From positions 1-51,305 of the IMG/VR virus record IMGVR_UViG_3300030450_002582: 51,305 nt of DNA, one strand, 5' to 3'. The position numbers were made by a program, and so were the translations under genes. The notes under the pieces were generated by a model. That model did no database searches, was not told the origin of the DNA, and was given only the letters and a program-made list of their open reading frames with translations. This stretch comes from a virus. Taxonomy: Duplodnaviria > Caudoviricetes. Below, piece after piece: positions 19,353 through 29,757 of the stretch. Position 1 is the stretch's first letter. Each line of letters opens with the position of its first letter.

Positions 19353-22295
19353 TTAGCTACTACTTGTTTCAGTTACCACAGCTGCTGTTGTAATAGGTCT
19401 ATACCTAATTGCAATACTAATTATTTCTAAATAAGTTTCAGTAGTTCCAGCACTTGCAATTCTTAAGGAAATACTTCTGCATTTAATTGGAATAGAATCA
19501 GATGGTGTTATTTTTAATATATTAACATTGTCTTTATTGCTACTTCCACTTAAAGCTTGGTCTTCTACTAATACATTAGATCCACTATTAGGATAATCAT
19601 TGCCATCTTTTTCATACATTACATCAATAGTGTCACTTGTACTATCTGTAATATATTCTATATCAATTTCATATATTTTTTTAAATATATTAGGCATTCC
19701 AAAATCATCATCTTTTGTTATTAATATAAATGCTGAATTATTAGTTGAAGTAAAACTTAATTTTCTTAAATCTTTATTATTAGATGACCCAGTAGCGGGA
19801 TCTGTATATATTAATAAACCTCCATAGGGAAGAATAGAAGCGTCTCCAGCATCTTGAATCTCATTGCCAATAAAATTTAACATATTACTTTGACTTGTGC
19901 TTGATCCACCTGGAATTAACCAATAAGGATTAACAGTAAGTGGATAACCATTGCTCCATGATTGAGTGTCTATATCGAACATTTTCATTTTAGTAGGTGC
20001 TTTAACATTATCAGAAAGTATAATTTTATTAGAACTACTATCCCATCCAATACCAGGCCCTCTATCATCGCTAGATCCAGCTGAATAAAAATCTGTCCAA
20101 TCTTCATAGCTAATTTTTTGATTAGATATATTTTTAGGTTGATTATTAACCATCATATATAAGCCACTTTTTGTTACCCAAAAAATACCTAAAGATGATT
20201 TTGTTATTCCCCAAGGCCCACTAACTCCTAATCCATCATATTTAGCAATTAATTTCCAAGAAGCTTCATTTGGATTAGATACGTCAATTAAATATAAAGC
20301 ATTCTTTTTAAAAGCAAATAAAACTCCATTAACATATTCTAAAGCAACAAATTCATCTCCATCATTACCAGCTATATTTAATCTATAAGAAGGTGGAAAA
20401 GTATCATATTTTCCAACCGGTGTATAAAATATTGCATCACCCATAGTCCTTGCTAATCCACTATCTGGATCAACATAACTAGCATTTGCAACAAATATTC
20501 TTTGACCAGCTACAACAGAAGCTTTATATCCATAACCTGCAGATTCACCAAAAGTTAAAGCATATTCATTTGCAGAATATCCATTAAGGTTTTCATAAGT
20601 TTCTACACCTAAAGATTTTATTTCATATTGCTTACTTTTAAGGGCTGTAAAATTTGTATCAGTCCATCCCATATTCTCACCACCAGTATCCGCATCTCTA
20701 GCAGTTTCCCAATCATCATAATCATCAATAGTAGTTAATCTAGTTCCCCCACCAACTGCTCCAGAATTATAATTAGTCCTATAATCTATATCCATTAATA
20801 ATGACCATGGAGCATCGTCATTTACTCTTCTCATATAAATACGACCACCAATAATTCTTTTATCAATATATGTATTATTTTCACTAAGATTACTAAGTCC
20901 AGACATATGTACTTTAGCATAAATAAGTCTTTCATCTCTGACTTCAAGATTCTTTCCTTCAAATTTAGTTATTAAAGATTCTTGATTTCCTTCATATATA
21001 AAACTTTGACCAAATTCATAATCATCTTCAACAAATAATCCACCATCAGCTTCCCCAGATGTAAAAACTTCTAAAAGGGCTCCATCACCTGGAAATGGAT
21101 ATATTTCATAAGATCTTCCATCCCAACTTACACTATTTGCTGATGTAGTAAGAACAGATTGTTCTTCATCAGCTACAGCTGTTATTTTCCAAACATCATT
21201 ATTTGACACATCATAAGCAACAAGCCATCTACTACCACTATTAGCAGCTGATACACCAGATGTCCATTCTTGGAATTGTTGTCCATCATCTGTGACAATC
21301 CATGTTCCCGACGCTGGGTCGTGATCTTGTACATATGGACATTCTACCCAAAAATTATTTGCATCAATTCTAATTAATAATTTATAAATACCATTATATC
21401 CACTAAAATCATCGTCACTAGATCCTGCGTTTATAATTCTTATCCATTTATGATCTGGATGATAAGTAGATCCATCACTACTAAATTTAAAATCTTCATC
21501 TATTAAACCATGAGATGTGTCTGTAATATTAATATTATGCAATCCTAAATTATAATCGAGGTAGCCATCACCAGAGGTAGTATCTGAAGCTTTTCCAATA
21601 TTATTTGCAACTCCACTTGTAAGAACTGGTTGCTTTCCAATTAAAGCAGTTGTACTTGATGAAGTAGCTCCGCTAGTTTGAGAAGAAGCTGATGGGCAAG
21701 TAGCAGATAGATTTAAAGTATGAAATCCAACAGTTGGTTTATTAAGAGTATTTGATGTAGAAATCCATTCCCTATCAAGCTCAACTCCTAATAATTTTTT
21801 CTTTGTATCTGTTCCTATTCTACCAAACCATTTAACAGTATTATTTGTATCAAAAGATGCATCAGCAACTCTAAGAGCTCCATCTGCATAATAAAACTCA
21901 GCTTGCATAGCAGTTCCACTTCCAAGATCAAGAATATTTTCTTGCATCATATGATCATCTTGGTCAGCTGCATCATTATATCCAAATAAATCTATTTGAC
22001 TATTTGATTTATCAGCAACACAAATATATTCACTCTCTCTTAAACTTAAAGTATTAACAGTATCAGAGTATGAATAATCTGATTTAAAAGAAAAAAGACC
22101 TCGACCTGGATATATTGTAGCTGAATGATCATCAACTCCTCTAAGGGAAGAAGGTTTAATTGTTCTTAAAGCTCCTCTTTCATCACACATTACTCCTTGA
22201 GCTTCAACAACTTCATTTTCTTTTATAAACTTAGAATTTACTTTTGTATTTACACCACCAGAAAAATCTCTATATATTTGATACCTTTTAGGCAT
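19353..22295 (-). CDS. Tail nozzle / tubular protein B-like (P22 gp10 / T7 gp12 class)
   Basis: Starts MPKRYQIYRDFSGGVNT; beta-propeller-like segments (RIFVAN, LFAFKKNALY, GIFWVTKSGLY); 980 aa; podovirus tail position. Confidence 0.7.
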   Translation of the reverse strand: MPKRYQIYRDFSGGVNTKVNSKFIKENEVVEAQGVMCDERGALRTIKPSSLRGVDDHSATIYPGRGLFSFKSDYSYSDTVNTLSLRESEYICVADKSNSQIDLFGYNDAADQDDHMMQENILDLGSGTAMQAEFYYADGALRVADASFDTNNTVKWFGRIGTDTKKKLLGVELDREWISTSNTLNKPTVGFHTLNLSATCPSASSQTSGATSSSTTALIGKQPVLTSGVANNIGKASDTTSGDGYLDYNLGLHNINITDTSHGLIDEDFKFSSDGSTYHPDHKWIRIINAGSSDDDFSGYNGIYKLLIRIDANNFWVECPYVQDHDPASGTWIVTDDGQQFQEWTSGVSAANSGSRWLVAYDVSNNDVWKITAVADEEQSVLTTSANSVSWDGRSYEIYPFPGDGALLEVFTSGEADGGLFVEDDYEFGQSFIYEGNQESLITKFEGKNLEVRDERLIYAKVHMSGLSNLSENNTYIDKRIIGGRIYMRRVNDDAPWSLLMDIDYRTNYNSGAVGGGTRLTTIDDYDDWETARDADTGGENMGWTDTNFTALKSKQYEIKSLGVETYENLNGYSANEYALTFGESAGYGYKASVVAGQRIFVANASYVDPDSGLARTMGDAIFYTPVGKYDTFPPSYRLNIAGNDGDEFVALEYVNGVLFAFKKNALYLIDVSNPNEASWKLIAKYDGLGVSGPWGITKSSLGIFWVTKSGLYMMVNNQPKNISNQKISYEDWTDFYSAGSSDDRGPGIGWDSSSNKIILSDNVKAPTKMKMFDIDTQSWSNGYPLTVNPYWLIPGGSSTSQSNMLNFIGNEIQDAGDASILPYGGLLIYTDPATGSSNNKDLRKLSFTSTNNSAFILITKDDDFGMPNIFKKIYEIDIEYITDSTSDTIDVMYEKDGNDYPNSGSNVLVEDQALSGSSNKDNVNILKITPSDSIPIKCRSISLRIASAGTTETYLEIISIAIRYRPITTAAVVTETSSS

Positions 22296-22301
22296 ATTTA
22301 A

Positions 22302-22397
22302 TTACTTCTTTTTTTTCATTTTTCTAGGTTTAGATGCTTTTTTCTTTTTCTTTGGTCGACCTACTTTAGATCCGTATGTTCCTTTACCATATGGCAT
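22302..22397 (-). CDS. Very small basic protein (31 aa)
   Basis: MPYGKGTYGSKVGRPKKKKKASKPRKMKKKK*, SD AAGGAG. Not in the ORF track. Confidence 0.75.
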   Translation of the reverse strand: MPYGKGTYGSKVGRPKKKKKASKPRKMKKKK

Positions 22398-22408
22398 AAT
22401 AAACTCCT

Positions 22409-22600
22409 TTATAGTCCTAATCTGTTTGATATTTTATCTACTTTAACTCTCATAAATTTAAATTCTTCTAATAAAGTAATGACAGCTAATTGACATTCTT
22501 TCAATTCTTTAGATAATTGATCAATGTTAGTAGATTTTTTTGAAACATCTTTTTTAATAGTTTCTTTTTTATCTTTGTTTTCTGTTTTTTTATTTGACAT
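22409..22600 (-). CDS. Hypothetical coiled-coil protein
   Basis: 63 aa, coupled to the upstream gene by a TAATG overlap. Confidence 0.65.
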   Translation of the reverse strand: MSNKKTENKDKKETIKKDVSKKSTNIDQLSKELKECQLAVITLLEEFKFMRVKVDKISNRLGL

Positions 22601-22788
22601 TATTTAGCGCCAAATACTTTTGAGAAAAAGCCTTTTTTCTTCTTTTTACCTTTTTCGGAAACTTTCTTTCCTTTTTTCTTCTTCTTCTTTACTTCAGCAT
22701 TAGCTACAATATATTCATCTACTTTTATGTTGTCTAATGGTTCTGAGTATAAAGAACTACTTAATAATATAACTGCAATTAAATTCAT
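22600..22788 (-). CDS. Small protein with N-terminal hydrophobic segment and Lys-rich tail
   Basis: MNLIAVILLSSSLYS...KKKKKKGKKVSEKGKKKKKGFFSKVFGAK; translationally coupled. Confidence 0.65.
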   Translation of the reverse strand: MNLIAVILLSSSLYSEPLDNIKVDEYIVANAEVKKKKKKGKKVSEKGKKKKKGFFSKVFGAK

Positions 22789-23018
22789 TAATCAGCCTCC
22801 AGATCCATTGACACTGCTAAGAAATCAGTCATAGCATCTACGCAAACAACTAAAATTTCTTTTTGTTTTGCATCGTCATACTCTTTCCAATCTGGCAATT
22901 TCTTTGCTATTGCTTCAGCTATCTTTTCTTCCGTTTTCGGGTCTTGAAGATTCTTTACTTGCTCTTTCATTAAATCTTTTGCAAGATTTTTAGCGAACTT
23001 AATAATTAACTTCTTCAT
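22788..23018 (-). CDS. Hypothetical protein
   Basis: Part of track ORF 22788..23075; the likely start is MKKLIIK at 23018, after AAGGA, with an ATGA overlap. Confidence 0.65.
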   Translation of the reverse strand: MKKLIIKFAKNLAKDLMKEQVKNLQDPKTEEKIAEAIAKKLPDWKEYDDAKQKEILVVCVDAMTDFLAVSMDLEAD

Positions 23019-23152
23019 AGTTTGTCCTTTATTTTTATTGTTAGATATACGATTGACATCAATGCGACTACACATTGAAGTATCAAATTAAATTCAGCTA
23101 AATATGCTCCATAATTCGCAAAGCTGATTGATGCTACTTTTAAACTATCCAT
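23015..23152 (-). CDS. Small membrane protein, holin candidate (45 aa)
   Basis: MDSLKVASISFANYGAYLAEFNLILQCVVALMSIVYLTIKIKDKL*; fills the gap exactly with TAATG and ATGA overlaps; hydrophobic helix and basic tail. Not in the ORF track. Confidence 0.65.
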   Translation of the reverse strand: MDSLKVASISFANYGAYLAEFNLILQCVVALMSIVYLTIKIKDKL

Positions 23153-23469
23153 TAAACTTTCCCATTAACCCTACTTAAAGATCCTTTTATTTCTGAAACT
23201 TGCTTATCAAGATCGTTAATTTCTTTTGTAAGAGCATCAAATTTTCTATCTAATTTATCATCTGATGCATTCCATCTACCAATAAGCTTTATAATCATTC
23301 CTTCTATATTTTCAATACTTTCAGACTGACCTCTATTTTCTATTTTTAAATCTTCTAAGGTAGATTGTTGTTGAGCTGATTTATTAGACAATGATATTAC
23401 TAAATATACAAACATAGCACCAACAACTCCTATCATGCCTGCTTCACCATAAATTGCCATAAAATCCAT
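23152..23469 (-). CDS. Membrane-anchored coiled-coil protein (holin/spanin-like)
   Basis: N-terminal TM helix GMIGVVGAMFVYLVISL followed by a long coiled coil. Confidence 0.6.
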   Translation of the reverse strand: MDFMAIYGEAGMIGVVGAMFVYLVISLSNKSAQQQSTLEDLKIENRGQSESIENIEGMIIKLIGRWNASDDKLDRKFDALTKEINDLDKQVSEIKGSLSRVNGKV

Positions 23470-23789
23470 TATTTAACTTTCCTTTTGCCCCAACTTAAGG
23501 GGTTTATGTTAAACTCTTTCTCATAAAAAGATACTTGCTCTTGCATTGTTTTATACCTTTGTTCCTCATCTTCGATATGTTTTGATACTAATTCTTCAAT
23601 TTGTGTATCTGCCTCAGCCAAGCTTTCTTCAAGGTTTATAATTCTTGTTTCAATTCGCCAATAACTATAAACTAAAGAACCAACAAGTATAGCTCCTTGA
23701 GCTAACCATTTTAAGTTTATAGAAATTATAGCATTATCATCTACTAAATTTCCCCTGTAACTTCGAGCTGTTTGAGGCTTTTCATTCAT
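23469..23789 (-). CDS. Membrane-anchored coiled-coil protein
   Basis: TM segment WLAQGAILVGSLVYSYW followed by heptad repeats. Confidence 0.6.
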   Translation of the reverse strand: MNEKPQTARSYRGNLVDDNAIISINLKWLAQGAILVGSLVYSYWRIETRIINLEESLAEADTQIEELVSKHIEDEEQRYKTMQEQVSFYEKEFNINPLSWGKRKVK

Positions 23790-24043
23790 TTTACTACTAA
23801 TTTTTCATATTGATCGTGAAAAAAACACCAATTATCACCATGTGTAATTCTATGATACCAATGTCTATCGCCATTTTGATCAAATACCACTTGAATAGCT
23901 GAAGATGTATCTGATGGTGTTAATTCTAAATTACCTACTGACCATCCATTAGAACAACCCATTACGCTTACTAAGTATAAAATAAAAATTAAAAAAGATA
24001 TATAACTAATTATCATTTTATGCTCTAATGGTATTTTTTTCAT
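23786..24043 (-). CDS. Putative lipoprotein
   Basis: Basic N-terminus, hydrophobic stretch and lipobox-like VMG-C; His/Cys-containing C-terminus. Confidence 0.6.
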   Translation of the reverse strand: MKKIPLEHKMIISYISFLIFILYLVSVMGCSNGWSVGNLELTPSDTSSAIQVVFDQNGDRHWYHRITHGDNWCFFHDQYEKLVVK

Positions 24044-24049
24044 ACGACT

Positions 24050-24535
24050 TTAAACTCCCCCATCGTCGCAAATTGCAAAAACCATTGTTTGAATATTTCC
24101 AGAAGATGAATCAGCATTAACGTCATTTATTTCAGTATTACCCAATCTTGCATAAAAACATTCACCTGCTTTTAAAACTATATCACCAACTGCACTTCCA
24201 GTAGCAGTACCTCCACTTAAATTAATATGTAATGTTGCTGTTGTAGATGTAGATCCATCTGTTGTTCCAGTATGTTTAATAAAAAGAAAAACAATATCAT
24301 CTGTACTATTTACACTAGCAGTTGCTCCTTCCTCAGATGTTCCTTGACCGAAATAGGGGACTGAAGCTAATAAAGCATCTTCAGAAGATGATCCTATTAT
24401 GCTTAGAGAATAAGCCCATTTATTATTATCGCCCAAGTCATTTAAATCGTAAATAGTCGTACCGCCTATTGATGTTTTAATTTCATCTGGTAATAATGAA
24501 GCTGATATATTAACTGTTGCTTTATCTGCGGCCAT
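24050..24535 (-). CDS. Putative virion structural protein
   Basis: Ser/Thr/Gly-rich, beta-rich; FIKHTG motif shared with 30806..31273. Confidence 0.6.
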   Translation of the reverse strand: MAADKATVNISASLLPDEIKTSIGGTTIYDLNDLGDNNKWAYSLSIIGSSSEDALLASVPYFGQGTSEEGATASVNSTDDIVFLFIKHTGTTDGSTSTTATLHINLSGGTATGSAVGDIVLKAGECFYARLGNTEINDVNADSSSGNIQTMVFAICDDGGV

Positions 24536-24599
24536 TATAAATCCTTATTGTGATTTTTTATAAATATAAATTACTTCTATATCATAACTTGTTGATCTA

Positions 24600-25112
24600 T
24601 TACTCATCATCCCAATTCTCTGCAATATATGTTTTTAATTCTTCGTTGGTATAAACAGTAAATCCAGTTCCTAAAGCCTTTAATTCAGCTAAAGTAAAAT
24701 CTGTCTTTACTGCAAATTCTTTACCATCTGGAGATTCTCTTTTAGCGAAGTAAGTAGGCTTGTTATTGATCATATCTTCAAGAGTAGCTTCATTTTTAGT
24801 TGTCGTATCTACTTCTTGTTCTGTGTACTTATAAGATTCATCTACTTGTGGATACCCATTTTCTAAGATGTGAGCATCAATAACTTCAAGTAATTCAGCC
24901 TTAGTTCCACTTCCACTAATGCTATGGTCTGACATAAATGTTTCTATTTCAGACTTTAAATTATCATCAGTAGGTAGCGTAGCATTTACCTTACGAGTCC
25001 CTGTTTTTTCAACATCCTTATAAGTGTATGTATTCCAATCATACCTTGTTGAAACACGAGTTTTAATCTTTGATGTATCTACTAATAAGTAGTGTGTGTA
25101 TTGTCCGTACAT
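24600..25112 (-). CDS. Hypothetical protein with a SAP-like motif
   Basis: LKSEIETFMSDHSISGSGTKAELLEVI resembles the SAP helix-extension-helix consensus. Confidence 0.55.
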   Translation of the reverse strand: MYGQYTHYLLVDTSKIKTRVSTRYDWNTYTYKDVEKTGTRKVNATLPTDDNLKSEIETFMSDHSISGSGTKAELLEVIDAHILENGYPQVDESYKYTEQEVDTTTKNEATLEDMINNKPTYFAKRESPDGKEFAVKTDFTLAELKALGTGFTVYTNEELKTYIAENWDDE

Positions 25113-25121
25113 AATTAATTC

Positions 25122-28100
25122 CTATGAATGTTTACCTTTTCCATGATTGTAATTTTTTAATAATTCATCAGCCGATAGAGCTTTATTGTAAAGCCTAACT
25201 TCATCTATTAATCCTTCATATTTTTGATATAGAGTTCCACTTAATAACTTTGCTCCCATGCTTGGATCATAAGAAGCGTCAGATGTGAAAGAAGATTCCA
25301 ATGCTGAAATATCTTTTGTACTACCTGACTGAACACCATTGACGTAATGTTTGGCTTCACCAGCAGTTCTATCTACGACTAAGGCTACGTGTTGCCATAC
25401 TCCAGTAATAGCATTTGTTACACCATTAAATTCAACAGTTTCATCCCCATCATCAAAGGTAGTCCTTAACCTATCAGCACTATCATCAAAATGAAAATCA
25501 ACGCCTGTATGTGGTGTTGCAACTCCCTTGATATATAAAATCTGCTTTAAGGAATCTCCTACACCAAGATTGGGTTTAATCCATGCATCTATCGTAAAAT
25601 CAGCACTTCCTAACTGTATAGCTGGTGAATCAGGTGTTGGTATATATCCATCTCCATAAAACCTTATTCCATTTGCTATGGCAGTTTCATCTGCTAATGG
25701 AAACCCAACAGAATCTTTACCTGAAGTAAGACCTTCTGTTAATAAATAAGTAGCAGGAGAACCATTGACAGTTCCATTATTAGAACCTTTTAAGTCTGCC
25801 CAAGTCGTTGCTCCACTATTTCTCCAGTACCCTGTAAGATTAGCAGAAGAAGCATAGTTACCACTATTGGTTAAGGCATCTATTGGTACACCACTATTAT
25901 AGAGAGCTGTTATTTCAGAAGCCGTAAGGGCTTCATCCCAAACTGCGATTTCATCCATAAAACCTTTTAGCTCTTCGTAATTAGGTGAGTCTCCAAATGT
26001 GGTTATATCTGCCAATACCCCTGCATCAGTAATAGACCAATCTTCTGCCCCGTTTACATAAAACTTATATGAAGTATTGTCCTTCCAATATACAAGATGG
26101 TATAATGTATTAGCGGATATAACAGTATTGGATGTGTTCCAAGCACCATCAACAAGCCACTTAAAATTGTTACCATAATATCCACAATAAGCAAATAAAT
26201 TTGGATGTGTACCACCGATAATCATTCGGTATGTTGAGTCAATTTCATCAATCATCACCCAGCATGAAACAGTCATAGCCCCTGAAGTAGATGAAGCAGA
26301 TATAGTAGACCCAAGAGATATATAGTCATCTGATCCATCAAACAACATCTTCTCATTACCTCTCATTAATGCAGTTTGTGCTATATCTGATTCACCAGTT
26401 ACAAAAGTTGCTCCATCTATTGTACCATTATTGCCATTACCAGAACCATCGTATGCAGTTGAACCAGCACCTTCATTAAGCATCCATGCACCTTTTAGAT
26501 TAGATGCAGATACTCCTGTTGGTAATTGCATTTCTGGATTAGTGTATAATTCCTGAACTTGTGCTAAAGTTAAGGATGTATTAAAAGTACATAGATTAGA
26601 TATTTTACCATCAAAAAAAGCATTAATTGTGCTTGAACTTTGTCTATAGCAACCTATAGCAAAATCTGTATATGAAGTATCGGCAGTATAGCTTGTAGTT
26701 TCTGTATGCTTTAATACACCATCTACATATAGTTTTCTTGAACTATTGCTTTCAATTACATAACAAAAGTGATGCCAACCAGTTGTTAAACCTACATCTG
26801 TTCCATAATCTGATCCATGCTCTGAAACAGTATATGCACCAGCAGAACCTTCATAAGCTACTCTTATATAAGGAACACTACTTACTACATACATACCAGC
26901 TTTAAATCTTTCGGTACTTCCACCAGTATTATAAGATGAAAACATTTCTCCACTTGCAGTAAGGTCATCTGGTTTTGCCCACCAACTAACTGCCCCAGCC
27001 GAGCCAGATATACAATTTGCCACAGTTGAATCATCTATATCAATTTTATCATTTGTACCATCAAAGTTAAATGCTCTGCCAGAGTAAACTTTACCATAAT
27101 TAACTGGATCAGCTACACCTTTTGGTGAAGCATTATATGAAGTAGTTGTGGTAGCTCCTGTGACTACTCCTGTATTTGAGGTTACTTTCTGTACATTAAA
27201 GTTTTTAAATTTATAAATATCAATTCCCGAGTGACCAGCCCCCATTCTTAAAAAATAAGGAATAGAATAGCTAAGACTTGTTATACTACAATAGATAGTA
27301 AATGTTTGATATTCACTTGTTAATGATATATCAGTTGTGGGAATAACCTTACTACCAGAATCAAAAATTCTTAAAGTCTGACCACTTCCACTTCCATTGG
27401 TTGCAATTTTTGCTTCAAATTGAAATTTTGCTAAATCATTTACTGCGTACCCCAATGCAGTAGAAAAACCTAAATTAGCTAAATTCCCTGACTCCATTCC
27501 TTTATCGCTTCCAGAAACAACTGGAATTGTTAATGTTACTTCATCTCCACTTACAGAAACGATTTCTCTATCTGCTATTTTTGGTGAAAAATTGTTTAGA
27601 CTTACAAATGTATTGCTTCCCAATGTTTCGCCTGTTGCTGGTTGAACTAAATTATTAGTTTGAGTTCCTAAATCATACCAAGAGACTAAATTTGTAGATT
27701 CTGCAGATGTAAGATCAGAATAGCTTTTAAACATAATGCTTTGAATTTCCGATTGAGACAAAGCTCTTGAATGTAAAGAAACATTAGCTAATTTTCCTTC
27801 CCAAAAATCTCCACCTGTTTTATTTGTACCAATTAAAGGATTTGATGCAGTCGTATTTAATGATGAAACTCCCGAAGCATCCGCACTACCATCACTTACA
27901 GTTTCTAAAGCACCATCTAAGTATATTTTTAATGTACTACCAGCATCAAATACACCAGATACATGATGCCAATTCCCATCTGCAATATCAGTCGTGCCTC
28001 TTACATGTTGATCAGCAGAACCACTATCAACTCTTAATTGAAGCCTATTTGATGATGCATTTTGTTGTAGGTAAAAAGACCTTGTTGGGTCACTACCAGT

Positions 28101-29453
28101 ATCTCGTGCAAAAATATAAGCACCTTGTGATGTCGATGTATTAAACCAACAAGATATTGTAAAATCACCAGACACTCTTAATGATGCATCAGAGCCACAA
28201 TCTATATAGTCACTACTACCATCAAAGGACGTAGAGCCTGTACTTAATTGTACTGCATCCTTTGGATCAGCTTGATCTACAATTCTCGGTAAAAATGGAG
28301 AATTACCACCATAAGCTGAAGTATTTGTTGTAGCTCCTACTATTGAGCCATTGTTTGAACCTTTAGAATCCTCTACGATTGCAACTTCTTTTAAAGAAAG
28401 ATTGCTAAATGTAACATTTGAAGCACTCCTTCGATAAAGTTGTAAATATTTTGAATTTGTGTTTGCTGGAGTTATAGTTACTGTATTAGAACCAGCAGAA
28501 GGAGTTGATATTACACCTCCTTCGGCAGATGCTCCACCTTGAGATGATCCCCAATACCATCTTGGAGTATCCCCAGCTCCCCCAGAATTAATAACTGCTG
28601 TATAGGAAAATTGATAACTAACAGCAGTATTAGGAGAAGCTATGACTAAGTTTGTTGCACATCCTTCTGTTCCAGAACCATCTGTTTCTACAGTAAATCC
28701 TCTATTTGTACTAAAAGTATCCGTAAATGAATCAAATGGATATTCTGTACCATTGACTGCTCCAGTAATCAACTCACTTCCTGTAGTTGTACTATCTAAT
28801 GCCCACCAAGAAACAAGACTTGATTTATCTATGGTACTAAGATCAGCATAGTTTTTCCACATAACACCTTGAATCTCTGCTACTGATAAGGCTCTTGACC
28901 ATACTCCCATATTGCTCAGTTTACATTCTTTGTAAGATGTACTGCCAGTTGTAGTACCACCTATTGTATCTATTTTTGAATTTATAGAACTAAAGTCCCC
29001 ACTACCAGTTTCAGTTTCTTTTAGAACACCATTTACATACATCTTTACACTTGTGCCTTCTCTAACGAAAGCAAAATGATCCCATTGGTTCTCTATGGAA
29101 GTGTGATTACTAAATGTTACATAATCATCATCAACTCTAAAGAATATAGCAGATTCTTCGAAATATATGCAGTAACTAATATTATTTGATCCATTTGTCC
29201 AATCACTTACCCCTACTACTGCACCATCATCATCTACATCTATATTATTAAACCAAAAAGAATAAGTAGCATTCAGACCTAAGTCTATTTCAGATGTACT
29301 TATATAGTCATCGCTCCCATCAAAGGATGTATTACCAGCTAAGAATAAAGAACGATCTGTGCTTTTAAAATTGAAAAAGAGTTTAAGATTGTCTTTGACG
29401 TAGGTAAGGGCTTTTACAACACCCTTAGTTAAGGATATTCCTAATCCTAACAT
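25122..29453 (-). CDS. Multi-LamG (concanavalin A-like) fibre / receptor-binding protein
   Basis: Five repeats, each opening with FDGxxDYI-like motifs and containing WxH...YV[ND]G and G.[IL]..v..w..AL[ST]..E[IL]. Confidence 0.85.
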   Translation of the reverse strand: MLGLGISLTKGVVKALTYVKDNLKLFFNFKSTDRSLFLAGNTSFDGSDDYISTSEIDLGLNATYSFWFNNIDVDDDGAVVGVSDWTNGSNNISYCIYFEESAIFFRVDDDYVTFSNHTSIENQWDHFAFVREGTSVKMYVNGVLKETETGSGDFSSINSKIDTIGGTTTGSTSYKECKLSNMGVWSRALSVAEIQGVMWKNYADLSTIDKSSLVSWWALDSTTTGSELITGAVNGTEYPFDSFTDTFSTNRGFTVETDGSGTEGCATNLVIASPNTAVSYQFSYTAVINSGGAGDTPRWYWGSSQGGASAEGGVISTPSAGSNTVTITPANTNSKYLQLYRRSASNVTFSNLSLKEVAIVEDSKGSNNGSIVGATTNTSAYGGNSPFLPRIVDQADPKDAVQLSTGSTSFDGSSDYIDCGSDASLRVSGDFTISCWFNTSTSQGAYIFARDTGSDPTRSFYLQQNASSNRLQLRVDSGSADQHVRGTTDIADGNWHHVSGVFDAGSTLKIYLDGALETVSDGSADASGVSSLNTTASNPLIGTNKTGGDFWEGKLANVSLHSRALSQSEIQSIMFKSYSDLTSAESTNLVSWYDLGTQTNNLVQPATGETLGSNTFVSLNNFSPKIADREIVSVSGDEVTLTIPVVSGSDKGMESGNLANLGFSTALGYAVNDLAKFQFEAKIATNGSGSGQTLRIFDSGSKVIPTTDISLTSEYQTFTIYCSITSLSYSIPYFLRMGAGHSGIDIYKFKNFNVQKVTSNTGVVTGATTTTSYNASPKGVADPVNYGKVYSGRAFNFDGTNDKIDIDDSTVANCISGSAGAVSWWAKPDDLTASGEMFSSYNTGGSTERFKAGMYVVSSVPYIRVAYEGSAGAYTVSEHGSDYGTDVGLTTGWHHFCYVIESNSSRKLYVDGVLKHTETTSYTADTSYTDFAIGCYRQSSSTINAFFDGKISNLCTFNTSLTLAQVQELYTNPEMQLPTGVSASNLKGAWMLNEGAGSTAYDGSGNGNNGTIDGATFVTGESDIAQTALMRGNEKMLFDGSDDYISLGSTISASSTSGAMTVSCWVMIDEIDSTYRMIIGGTHPNLFAYCGYYGNNFKWLVDGAWNTSNTVISANTLYHLVYWKDNTSYKFYVNGAEDWSITDAGVLADITTFGDSPNYEELKGFMDEIAVWDEALTASEITALYNSGVPIDALTNSGNYASSANLTGYWRNSGATTWADLKGSNNGTVNGSPATYLLTEGLTSGKDSVGFPLADETAIANGIRFYGDGYIPTPDSPAIQLGSADFTIDAWIKPNLGVGDSLKQILYIKGVATPHTGVDFHFDDSADRLRTTFDDGDETVEFNGVTNAITGVWQHVALVVDRTAGEAKHYVNGVQSGSTKDISALESSFTSDASYDPSMGAKLLSGTLYQKYEGLIDEVRLYNKALSADELLKNYNHGKGKHS

Positions 29454-29457
29454 AAAT

Positions 29458-29757
29458 CTATCCTAAATATGCTATAACTGAACCACTCGCTAAAGTAAAA
29501 GCAGTCCAATTTCCATAAATTACCACACCTTGTGGAAAAGTATTATTTGTATCGATTGCGTCACCATTACCACCTGCAGTTCCTATAAAATTTGAACTAC
29601 TTGGTGTTAATGTAGTAAAAGTTGAGTCTTCCAAGAATTGAATTGCTACAATTGTTTTACCAGATACAGCATCTGTACTATCTTCAAATAAACAGCCTGC
29701 TTGACCAAGCGCTGCATTTAATGATTCATGTGTTCTGTATTTTTGAAGGCTTGCCAT
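29458..29757 (-). CDS. Small structural protein
   Basis: 99 aa, beta-rich, ends FPQGVVIYGNWTAFTLASGSVIAYLG; directly upstream of the LamG gene. Confidence 0.6.
   Translation of the reverse strand: MASLQKYRTHESLNAALGQAGCLFEDSTDAVSGKTIVAIQFLEDSTFTTLTPSSSNFIGTAGGNGDAIDTNNTFPQGVVIYGNWTAFTLASGSVIAYLG

Noticed and set aside
25122-29453. Repeats in the fibre gene suggesting a diversity-generating retroelement
   Set aside because: No reverse transcriptase and no near-identical template/variable repeat pair; the repeats are diverged protein domains.
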